Source: Enterobacter phage N5822. Taken from it: a stretch of DNA of 56,000 bases. The translations under genes and the position numbers were made by a program. Below the pieces are notes generated by a model, which saw nothing but the letters and a program-made list of their open reading frames with translations, made no database searches and had not been told where the DNA came from. This document shows, piece by piece, positions 42,522 to 51,806 of this stretch (its first letter is position 1; each line of letters begins with the position of its first letter). Location: the sequence record MW032452.1, one strand, 5' to 3'.

Positions 42522-44520
42522 AATCAAAACTCCCGATGATAAATAATGTCCTCTCCTTTCGCGTTTTTGCGATGAGTAACGCGTTTCGAGCCATGATGTG
42601 ATGCGCGTTTTGCATGATCTTGCGAGCGTTGCGATAGCTCGCCGTAACACCTGCAATCCTGCGATCTGCAATGTGCTTGAGCGCCGTTTGCCTCCATAGC
42701 GTTTTACAGATCTGATTATCAGACTCAGGGAAGAATCGCTCATAAGCTTTGAACGTTTCGCCGTGAGCCTCAAGCTCATAACAGAACACGATCCCGCGCT
42801 GGTTTTTGGTCATATCGACACGGAAAGATTTCACATTGCACCAATCGTTCTTAGTGTAGTGCTTGCCGGATAGTTTTTCGTTCGGGTCAATGAGCGAAAC
42901 ATCACAGCAGCGGCAAATCCTGGCGGCTATGTCGTTTTTAGTGCCGCAGCCTTTGACGACAACCTTTTTAGTGCGCGGGTCTACCTGATCCTCGCACTCT
43001 CGATATTTCCAGAAATACTCACAGCGATTCCCGTTTTCGTCAACGTGAACGCAACGGCGTGCATAGAATGAGTTTTCCGTTCCGCAGTCAGGGCAGAATT
43101 TAGGATCCTTCCCGTTGTCACCACGGCGCTGATACTGCGCTTGCTCCAGAATCGGATCAAAGTAAAGCTGGCCTAACTCGTCCATACATCCGGCAAAGTC
43201 GAGAACAAGGTGATCATCTTTCTTGAATCCTTGCTCAATGTGCCATTTCTTTAACAGTCGCATACCGCGCCCTAAAAGCTGGATCAGCAAAGTAAGCGAT
43301 CCGATTTTGCGCAGAATTACAGACGTATCCCAATATGGCACGTTTACGCCAGTGGTCAAAGCCTGAACCTGGAAAATGTATTTTACTTTCCCCTCAAACG
43401 CCTCTTTTAACCATTCCTTACGTTGTTTCTCTCCTGTCTTGCCAGTGATGATCCTGTATGTTGCTCTGGCGGAAGTGCGGCAGCGGCCTCTTTGCAGTGA
43501 CGCTCACCCGCGCAAGTTACCAGCACGCCGTTGCGGTCTTTGCAGATCTCATGCACGCGTGCCATGATTTTTTGCGTCATGGTTGCATCTTTATGGATCT
43601 TCTCCTCCATCTTGCGCATAGTTTTCTGGTCAAAGTCTGCAACCCCATCCTCGCTGGATGCCGTGAACTCTGAAAGGTCATAACCCAACCCATCTACGCC
43701 GCCAAAGTTTGTAGGCACAACGGAGCCGAACTTGATCAGGTAGTTGGTATCAATGTTCGTTACCTGCTCGCGCCAGAATCCGCGCTGGCGCTTATCTTCC
43801 ACCAGGATTGGAACCACGCCGCGAAACTCAGATCCAGTCATTCCAAAAATGCGCAACTCATGCCCGTATGTCTCTTTGCATCGGCGCTGCATTTCACGAA
43901 TTATAAGCGTATATTGTGTGCGTCCGGTTCCCTCCATTGGCTCGCCGTCATTATTGAGAGCGCGGGAGCCGTCACCATTCAGGACAATCTCGCCTTTTTC
44001 GTGGTCATTTGCTCCCACGGCTCCTCGTTTTCGATTGCCTCCGCTAAATCCTCCCAATCTACCTGGTGGCATTCGTCAATCCCAATAACGTGCGGCACGT
44101 AGTCGCCCAGCGCCTTAAACAATCCGTTTGAAACGGTTCCCTCAGATCCAACAACGATGGGGAAGTGTACGCCCTTGAGTTTCAGCGCAGCGCAGTAAAC
44201 GGAGTTAGGCACGCCGAAATTGCTGATCTCCTCTGAATCCTGATCCACAATCTCACCCGGCGAGCGAGAACCATCATTTTAAGCCCCATCCTCTGACACT
44301 GCGCCGCAACCATTGCAAAAATCATGGTTTTACCAGCAGATACGGACGCTTTCACAAAGAAAGGATGTTCGTAGTTCTTCATGCGCTTTGCGATCTCAGT
44401 GTACGCAACGCACTGGTAAGGGTATGGGGTGATTTCGCCAAACGTAAAGCGATCTTGAATCGCCTTGATTACCGCCTCACCCAAAGCGGAAAGCTGTTTA
44501 TCAATGTTTGGAATTGCCAT
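42511..44520 (-). CDS. SF2 DEAD/H-type helicase (frameshifted)
   Basis: SVSAGKTMIFAMVAAQ (Walker A), IGIDECHQ (DECH box) and the C-terminal GMRLL-type domain across four ORF fragments. Confidence 0.82.
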
Positions 44521-44552
44521 TTTTAACCTTTATTCGTTAACCGATTGAATGT

Positions 44553-44595
44553 ATAATAACGCCTACGTTTTGAATGTTTTTAGCAAAAAGTGCTA
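44553..44595 (-). promoter_or_regulatory. Cassette promoter for helicase operon: TAGCACTTTTTGCTA-22-TATTAT. The palindrome also abuts the RBS of the divergent regulator gene.
   Basis: Palindrome 44581-44595, -10 at 44553-44558. tgctatcggaggttttaatATG on the plus strand. Confidence 0.78.
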
Positions 44596-44609
44596 TCGGA
44601 GGTTTTAAT

Positions 44610-45050
44610 ATGAAAATTGCTGCATCAACTGGCGAAATTGACAAGCGCACAATCAATGGCAACAACGGAGTGAAGCGCGGTAAAGACAAAAAGAAGCGCA
44701 AGCGCAAAACAGGCTACTACGTTCTAAAGGATGAAGTCAAAGCAGGATTGCGTGCTCGTCTCGATGCCGTCTGCGAATATTACGGCTCCCGTGCTGAAAT
44801 GACAAGGCGTTTAAAGGTTACTCACCAGGTTATCCAGCAGTGGCGCAAGCGCGGGATGATTTCCGTTTCTGGAGCCGAAAAGGTTCACGCCGACTATAAG
44901 CGAAACGGCTGCAAGGGATATCGAGCTTCATTCTGCCGTCCAGACCTGAGATTTGACTCCAACGGAAAAGCACTAACGACGAAATGCGACCGCTACGAAA
45001 TGCTTCGCGTCGTGAAAGAGTCAGATTTCATAAACAGCACAAATAGCTAA
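44610..45050 (+). CDS. Cro/YdaS-like HTH transcriptional regulator
   Basis: AVCEYYGSRAEMTRRLKVTHQVIQQWRKRGMISVSGAEKVHADYKR...RASFCRPDLRFD resembles HTH plus RPDL tail of YdaS/Cro-like proteins. Confidence 0.65.
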   Translation: MKIAASTGEIDKRTINGNNGVKRGKDKKKRKRKTGYYVLKDEVKAGLRARLDAVCEYYGSRAEMTRRLKVTHQVIQQWRKRGMISVSGAEKVHADYKRNGCKGYRASFCRPDLRFDSNGKALTTKCDRYEMLRVVKESDFINSTNS

Positions 45051-45107
45051 ATCAAAGATCGCGTATCTGGTATCATCCGGCTACGCGATTTTTTATTGGA
45101 GAAAATC

Positions 45108-46061
45108 ATGCAAGAAGTACACCCAAACATGATGTTTCAGAAAGAGGACGTTTTGCCGTACATGAAAGGGATGTGGCGCGATGCGTTGCAAAGCCTTTGC
45201 GGATTGAGCAATGACGTTTTCAACAAAAAACACCAGCCTTGCCCACATTGCGGAGGTAAAGACCGATTCCGTTGGACTGACAAACTTAGCACTGACGGCG
45301 ACGGCGGCGCGGTGTGCAACGGTTGCGGTAATGATAGCGGCATTGGCTGGTTAATGAAGCTCACTGGCGAGCCTTACAGCGAGTGCATTAACATCCTGGG
45401 GCGCTTTCTCGGAAAGGTTCCTCAGGAGTATATAGTTAAGGCCAACAAGCGAGCCTCCCGTGCATCAGGTTACTCTTTCGGATCTCAGGCTCCGCATGAA
45501 AACTGTGTTGCAGTAATGGAGAGAACGAAAGGCGTGTTTAAAACTCCTCTAAGCGTTTTTGAGGGCATTGCGCCGCCAGATGATGAAATGTACTCAGTAG
45601 GCGTGAAAACGCTTGAGAATGGCGGAGAATCGCTTATTCATGCTATTCCGTGCTACGGTGCATGACGATGGTCTTGATGATGAAATGTGTAACATCCTCA
45701 TGATTGACGAGTTGGGAGAGAAGGTTTTTATGCAAAGGACTATACGCGCGGCTCGGTTGCGGTGACTGGTAAAACTGACAACACAATCTATCTGTGTGTT
45801 GATTGGGTGGACGCGCAGCACATTCACCTGTCTACAGGTCAAGAGGTGTGGGCTTGCTTCTCAAGTTATAACGTTGAGATTGTTGCACACCGATACAAAG
45901 GAGATCGAAAAATGCGCGTGGTGTGTAAGTCAACCGATCAGGACGTGATAATTGCCGCAGAGGAGAGAGGGCTTGACGTGATGCTTCCTATTAACGATAA
46001 TTTCCGGCAAGGGATAGAGCGAAAGCTTTACAAGCCAGAAACTTTACTCCCGACACGGTAA
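45108..46061 (+). CDS. Zinc-ribbon DNA primase (frameshifted)
   Basis: KHQPCPHCGGKDRFRWTDK...GDGGAVCNGCGNDSGIGWLMKLTG, with TOPRIM-like C-terminal half (ALMIDELGEKV..). Confidence 0.8.
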
Positions 46062-46075
46062 ACCATTGCTTTCTT

Positions 46076-46099
46076 GCCCCGCTTCGGCGGGGTTTTTTA
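46076..46099 (+). terminator. Intrinsic terminator after primase
   Basis: gccccgcttcggcggggttttttat. Confidence 0.88.
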
Positions 46100-46164
46100 T
46101 GCCTTGCGCAATGCTATAATCCGACTTGTCATTAACAAAGCGTGCTATTTAGGAGATTTTACAT

Positions 46165-48643
46165 ATGGCTATTTATCGCACTGGTCAAGCGTCAATGGAC
46201 GCTGACGGCTATATCACTGGTTACGGCACAAAGTGGAAAACAGCATTAACGCTGATTCGTCCAGTGCAACAATCGTGTTTGCATCCAATCCGGTTGCATA
46301 CGCAACAATTAGCGAGATCGTAAATGATACGTCACTGCGTGCAACATCTACAGGCGGCGCTGTCGTTCCTCAAAGCGACTATGTGATCCTGCTGCATGAC
46401 TCAATCACTGTTGACGGCCTGGCGCAAGACGTCGCGGAAACTCTGCGTTATTACCAGGGGCAGGAAACAATGTATCAAGAGTTTGTTGAGTTTCTTAAGA
46501 ATTTCGACTGGCAAAAACTAGAAGCAATCGACGCAGAAGTAAAAGAGAACTCAGCAGCGGCGGCGGGTAGCGCGGCAAATGCTTTGCGGTCAGAACAAAA
46601 CTCATTCGTGCATAGCCAGAACGCAAGCGCATCAGCGAGTGCAGCAGCAGCAAGCGAGAGCGCGGCAGGTCAAAGCGCACAGGCGGCTCAAGTTAGCGAA
46701 AGCAACGCCAACTCTTACAGAGTAGCAGCCGAAAACAGCGCCAACTCAGCAGCAGCACACGATCAGTCGGCTCTCGCGTCAAAGAATGCAGCAGCAGCAA
46801 GCGAGGCAAACGCCCTGCAATCAGAGAAAAATGCGGCTGTTCATAGCGGAAACGCAAGCGCATCAGCGAGTGCAGCAGCAGCAAGCGAGGGCGCGGCGAA
46901 ACAAAGCGAGACAAATGCGGCGGCAAGCGCAGCGGCATCGGACGCATCAAAAAATGAGTCTCAGGCCGCAGCGGTGATCTCGACAAACGCAAGCAACTCA
47001 GCCAGCGCAAGCAAAGACGCAGCAGCACAATCAGCAGCAAGCGCAAAGAGTGAAGCGGATCGCGCGGCGGAGCTTGCAACTCAGCTTGACGCTAACAGCC
47101 TAATGCGAAAGGACGCTAACCTGTCAGACGTAGCTGATCGACGTTCCGCCGTTAATAACTTGGGCTTGGGATGGATTGATACCGCATTCAATAACAGCCT
47201 AGTATCATCGCCAGACTTATCACACCGCTTGGTTTTGGGTAATGACGGTCTGTTTGTGTGGCAAACTGCTGGCGGGAATACGGTTCCGATCCCAATTGGC
47301 GCTGGGGGTACTGGTGCAACGGATGTTGCTGGCGCTCGCAATAACTTTGGTCTTGGAGATGGTCAAGCTGTAACATTCGCTCAGATCACTAGTAAGCAAT
47401 GGAACGGCGCAAACGGCGGGATATTAATTAGTGACAACCTAAACTCCTCCGGTGAGCGTGTTAGCCAATCAAGGTTTTATAGTGAGGTTCAGGGTGGGAT
47501 ATGTAAGACAACAATCCACACGTCTGGAAATGGTAAAAATAATTATCTACAGATTGACGAGGACGGCAATATTAGCGGTGCTCGTGACATAAATATGCAT
47601 CACGCTTACACTGCTGGCGTTAGCTGCACTGGCTGGATTAGCGCGAATCAGGGCGGTAGAGTTGGCCTTAACACGCAGAGTGGTGGCAATAAGGATATCT
47701 ACCTTCAAAACGTTGATGGGGACGGTAACGTTGGTTCGTGGGTCAACCTTCTGCAAGGTAACTGGTATAACGGATACTGGCAGTTAGGAGCAATTCGCGG
47801 GTCTGGTAACGACATTTCAACCGTTAGACTTGGCGTTAACAACCGTGGCGCGGATTGGAAATGGTTTGATTTCAACAACTCGTATGGTGGTCACTTAACA
47901 GCTTTGCGTGGATTTAAAGGTCAATGCGTACAAGGTGCCTGGCAAATCGACGGCGAGTATATGGGCGCTCCGTTCTACGCTGATACGGTTGTTGGAAATG
48001 ATGGAGGTTACTCTCCGGTTGTTGCTGGAGGTACTCGCTCTACTGGAGGTTACGACATACGTTATTCTTTTGGGGCTATATCTGGGGGCACTACCGCTTG
48101 GCCTCGCGCAACAATTCATATGTTGGGTGATGCAACATATCACAGGGCTTTTGAGTTTTACACCTCAGGTCAAATTGTAACATGGGATTCTCAACCCGGT
48201 ATTTGGGGTGGTAGCTTTGAGTTTCAGCGCGTGGCAACGTCTGACAGGGATTTGAAAAAGGATATTGAGTATAACGATGGTAAGGCATCGTTTGACAATA
48301 TCATGAAATTCAAGCCGTCAACGTTCGTGTATAAGTCCGACAAGTACAACCGTCTGCGTCGCGGTGTTATCGCTCAAGATCTGTACGAGATCGATCCTGA
48401 ATACGTGCGTATAATCCCGGCGCTCCTATCATTGATGATAGCTCGGATAACGCGGATCCAGATAATCCAGTTATCATTGATTATCGCGATGATACGCTTG
48501 GACTCGACAACAACGTGATCATGATTGACACGGCGCTTGCAACTCGCTACATCGGCGGCATTGTTGAAAAGCAGCAGGAGGAGATCGACAACCTCAAATC
48601 TGAGATTGAGGAATTAAAAGCGCTAATCAAGGCGTTGCAGTAA
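46165..48643 (+). CDS. Tail fibre / receptor-binding protein with C-terminal S74 intramolecular chaperone (frameshifted near both ends)
   Basis: [28 protein letters not shown] start, Ala/Ser/Asn coiled region, C-terminal [11 protein letters not shown]...[37 protein letters not shown]. Confidence 0.88.
46611..46905 (+). repeat. Direct repeat within tail-fibre shaft (period about 231 bp)
   Basis: catagc..aacgcaagcgcatcagcgagtgcagcagcagcaagcgag at 46611 and 46842. Confidence 0.85.
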
Positions 48644-48653
48644 ACTAACCACA

Positions 48654-48681
48654 AAGCGCGGCTACGGCTGCGCTTTTTTGT
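48654..48681 (+). terminator. Intrinsic terminator after tail fibre gene
   Basis: agcgcggctacggctgcgcttttttg. Confidence 0.85.
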
Positions 48682-48815
48682 TGTCTCTTACATAGATTAA
48701 CAGAATCAAAATAAATCATTTATAATTCATACACTTCTTTCATTGTCAAGAGTTTTTATCAGCGTAGAATTGAGTTTGTAGCAAGGGGCTACATAACAAC
48801 AAAGAGGAAACAAAA

Positions 48816-49517
48816 ATGTCTGATATGACTCTATTGCCAACTGGCGGTATGGGCGGCGAGGCTGGCGCGGCTGGTCTTGGCGGTGCTGTAGGTGGCCTGT
48901 TAGGTTCGTGGTTCGGTAACGGCTTCGGTGGTCGTGGTTTCGGTCCTGGTTATGGCTACGGTGACGGCGCGGCTGTTGCAGTCGGCGCTAACGCTGTTCT
49001 TGACGGGATCAACAATCTGCAAACCAGCGTAAACAACATCGGATTACAGACCATTCAGGGGCAGAATGGTACTAACCTGACCGTTGAGCGCTCTGCTGCG
49101 TCAACCTTCAACGGATTGACCAGCCAGAACACGCAAAACCTTCTGGCTAGCGTCCAGGGCTTTGCTGGCGTTAACTCCGCGATCACCTCCGGCGTGAACA
49201 CCATCAGCAATGCGATATGTGCGCAGTCCTACGAGGCTCAACGCCTTGCTTACGAGGCTCAACTCCGCGACCAGGCTTGTTGCTGCGAGACTAACCGCAC
49301 GATTGCGACGGAAGCGGAAGCAACCCGCGCCCTGATCCGCGACCAGTTCGCTCAGCAGCAGGCAACTCTGATCTGCGACCTGAAAGATCAGCTTCGCGCT
49401 AAAGAGTTTGAAAATAGCCAGCTTGCGCAGACTGCCGCACTGACCAACCAGATCGGGCAGATCTACCAGCTTGTCAACTTCAAGCTCCCAACTCCTGCAA
49501 CTCCTCCGGTTGCATAA
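48816..49517 (+). CDS. Gly-rich N-terminus / coiled-coil protein of unknown function (possible structural protein)
   Basis: Intact 233 aa ORF with aaagaggaaacaaaa leader; MSDMTLLPTGGMGGEAGAAGLGGAVGGLLGSWFG...QACCCETNRT... Confidence 0.75.
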   Translation: MSDMTLLPTGGMGGEAGAAGLGGAVGGLLGSWFGNGFGGRGFGPGYGYGDGAAVAVGANAVLDGINNLQTSVNNIGLQTIQGQNGTNLTVERSAASTFNGLTSQNTQNLLASVQGFAGVNSAITSGVNTISNAICAQSYEAQRLAYEAQLRDQACCCETNRTIATEAEATRALIRDQFAQQQATLICDLKDQLRAKEFENSQLAQTAALTNQIGQIYQLVNFKLPTPATPPVA

Positions 49518-49520
49518 CAA

Positions 49521-49543
49521 AAGCGCCCCGAAAGGGGCGCTAA
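49521..49543 (+). terminator. Stem-loop between 48816 ORF and following genes
   Basis: aagcgccccgaaaggggcgctaa; no strong U-tract. Confidence 0.45.
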
Positions 49544-49905
49544 CATAAGAGGTGCGAAATGAGAATTGTAATGGCTCGTTACCACATGCCTAAGATTCAT
49601 TTGCCGCGCATTCACATTGGCGGTGATGATCATGAAAGCAGAAGTGTAAAGCACAGGCGTGATAGTTATTACGGCGACTCTCCTATAGCTCATGTAATGG
49701 AAAAATCGACAACAAGCCCCATACTTGGGCGGCTCATATGGGTAAGCCAGATGGGATGATGCAAATTGTTGAAATGGAATACAAAGAGCTAATGGAGAAA
49801 AAGCCTCAGGCTCAAAATCCGACATACGGAAAGAGCTAGAGGAATTAGCCGCCGCTTGTATTGTTGCGCTTGAAAAAATGAAAGATATGTAAGAGGTGAT
49901 CCGAT

Positions 49906-50415
49906 ATGCAAAGCATTAGCAATGGCGTTGGCGTGACTCAGTTCAACGGTATGCGCCCGAAAAACAGTATCAACATCGGCGGTGTAACACGGAGTCTGCG
50001 CCGCGATGCTACCGATGCGTCAATGATGTTTCCACATCAAAAGGTTAACTGGTTGAATGCCGGATGCGAGCCTTTAGGCGATGGTAAAATCCACTACTGC
50101 TGGATTATGGGTGTTATTGCTCCGACGCCTGGCACGCTTGAGCGCCCTGTAAATGTGATGTATATCGGATTCCACCAGCAGAGAATTATGATCGCCCCGC
50201 ACGCAGTTACAGCCGCAGATCTTGACCGTATGCATGTTTATGTCAGCGACGGATCGAATTTTGTTAGCGAGTTTGTAGGGAAATTCCTCGGCTTGGAGCC
50301 TGAGCGGTCTGTCACTGAAAGGGAAAGTATCAGCCCGTGGCCTAACATGGCAACGCAAAACCAAACGCCGGAAGTATCGCCGGAACCAAAACAGGAAAAG
50401 AGAGAGGAAAAGTAA
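49906..50415 (+). CDS. Hypothetical protein
   Basis: 169 aa intact ORF. Confidence 0.65.
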   Translation: MQSISNGVGVTQFNGMRPKNSINIGGVTRSLRRDATDASMMFPHQKVNWLNAGCEPLGDGKIHYCWIMGVIAPTPGTLERPVNVMYIGFHQQRIMIAPHAVTAADLDRMHVYVSDGSNFVSEFVGKFLGLEPERSVTERESISPWPNMATQNQTPEVSPEPKQEKREEK

Positions 50416-50667
50416 ATGACAAGATCAGACGGAGTAACAAGCGTTGTGGATCACCTATCAGCGCGAGCGCGTAAGATTGCCGATGATGGTTATAGCAAAA
50501 CTGACATTCTAAAGTCAGCAATGTCAGATCTTAAAGCTCTTGGCGGTGTTGGCGGTATGCTGTCAATAATGACAACTGGAGACTTGAGCGCAAAGCAGCG
50601 AGAGCTAGCCGAACGCCTGGCGGTTAAGGTGATCGCATTTCTCGGAATTACAGAGCAAGCAAAATAA
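50416..50667 (+). CDS. Hypothetical protein
   Basis: 83 aa intact ORF starting right after the preceding stop. Confidence 0.6.
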   Translation: MTRSDGVTSVVDHLSARARKIADDGYSKTDILKSAMSDLKALGGVGGMLSIMTTGDLSAKQRELAERLAVKVIAFLGITEQAK

Positions 50668-50668
50668 A

Positions 50669-50694
50669 AAAGGAGCCGAAAGGCTCCTTTATTT
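50669..50694. terminator. Bidirectional terminator, same stem-loop as at about 2360
   Basis: aaaaaaggagccgaaaggctcctttattttt. Confidence 0.85.
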
Positions 50695-51116
50695 TTAGAA
50701 TGGGATATCGTCGTCAAAGTCAATCGGCGGCTCTTGGCTCTGCCGTGGTTGGCTCTGCGCTTGCTGGCGCGGCTGGCTTTGCTGTTGTGGTGCTGCGCCT
50801 CCTCGCTGGCTAAACAGCAGTTTCGGGAAGTCTGCCGCTTGCATGGTGACATACGTCTTGCCCTCATACTCTCGCAATTCTGCCTTGAGCACTTCGCAAG
50901 AAACTGAGATCACCTTGCCAACTGGAAAGCTTCATCATACCAGTTTTTCATGCCCTCAGATCCGGCGCGTGCATTAAAGAAAAACGTGTAGTTTGTATAT
51001 TGCGCGTTACCTTCTCGATCTTTATAGCGCTCTGATAACTCGACAACGTATAGAGTGCCGTTTTGAGTCTGCTTGATTCGAGGCTCTTTTCGAATTTCTC
51101 CGGTGATAATGTGCAT
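50695..51116 (-). CDS. Single-stranded DNA-binding protein (frameshifted)
   Basis: N-terminal MHIITGEIRKEPRIKQTQNGTLYVVELSERYKDREG..., C-terminal ...QSQEPPIDFDDDIPF acidic SSB tail. Confidence 0.82.
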
Positions 51117-51159
51117 TGCTTTCTCCTGTAAAATTTGGGGCGGCTAGCGCCCCGCGTGA

Positions 51160-51806
51160 TTATTCAAAACTGGTAATTGGCTGTGATTCTACAGCTTGCT
51201 TTTGCGGCTCGTCAACCTTTGGGGCAAGGTTTTGCTTTGGAGCGGCGGCGCTAAATCCGCGAGCACTTCCGATCTCAATCTCCGCTTTGCGCTTCTCATA
51301 GTGCTCTTTAATGATAACCTGATTTGCTTTGTCGCTTGACTTCCACGCATCGCGCAGAACGCTTTGCAGGTCGTCTACGCTTTCGCACTTATCAAGATCG
51401 CGCTTCCAATCCTGCGCAGACTTAACGGCAATTTGCGCGTCGTCGTCAGCCTGGCTCAATCCGAAAGCAGCCGCCAGCGCATAACGTCGCCCATAAGTGA
51501 AAGCGGAGCCAACGCCTTGAGGGTCGTTTTTTACGATTGGGATATCAAAGTAAAACTTAGCCCACTGACCGGAAATGTGGATCACAGTCGTTTCAACGCG
51601 CATTGTGCTTTCGATGCGCTCGCCGTCCTGCATGATCATAAGTTTGTTTTCAGTCAATGCTGGCGTGATTGCATCAAGAACGCTGTCGAGCGTTGCGTAT
51701 TTGTTTTTAGGTGTGTGTTTTGGCGATCTTTCTTCACCTTAACAAACTGGCTGCGTGCCTTGTGCAGCGCTGGCAAAATCTCGTCGAATTTTTCGGATAA
51801 CTTCAT
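51160..51806 (-). CDS. ERF-family ssDNA annealing protein (frameshifted)
   Basis: [34 protein letters not shown](N)[26 protein letters not shown]... after adding one A; ...[18 protein letters not shown]. Confidence 0.82.

Noticed and set aside
24329-46147. Regularly recurring short palindromic sequence as a possible CRISPR array
   Set aside because: Copies are hundreds to thousands of bases apart, on both strands, tied to gene starts and -10 boxes, with no spacer structure.
47908-48180. Hydrophobic ORF inside the tail fibre (also 46786-46977)
   Set aside because: These lie within the supported fibre reading frame, and the repeat-rich DNA opens alternative frames.
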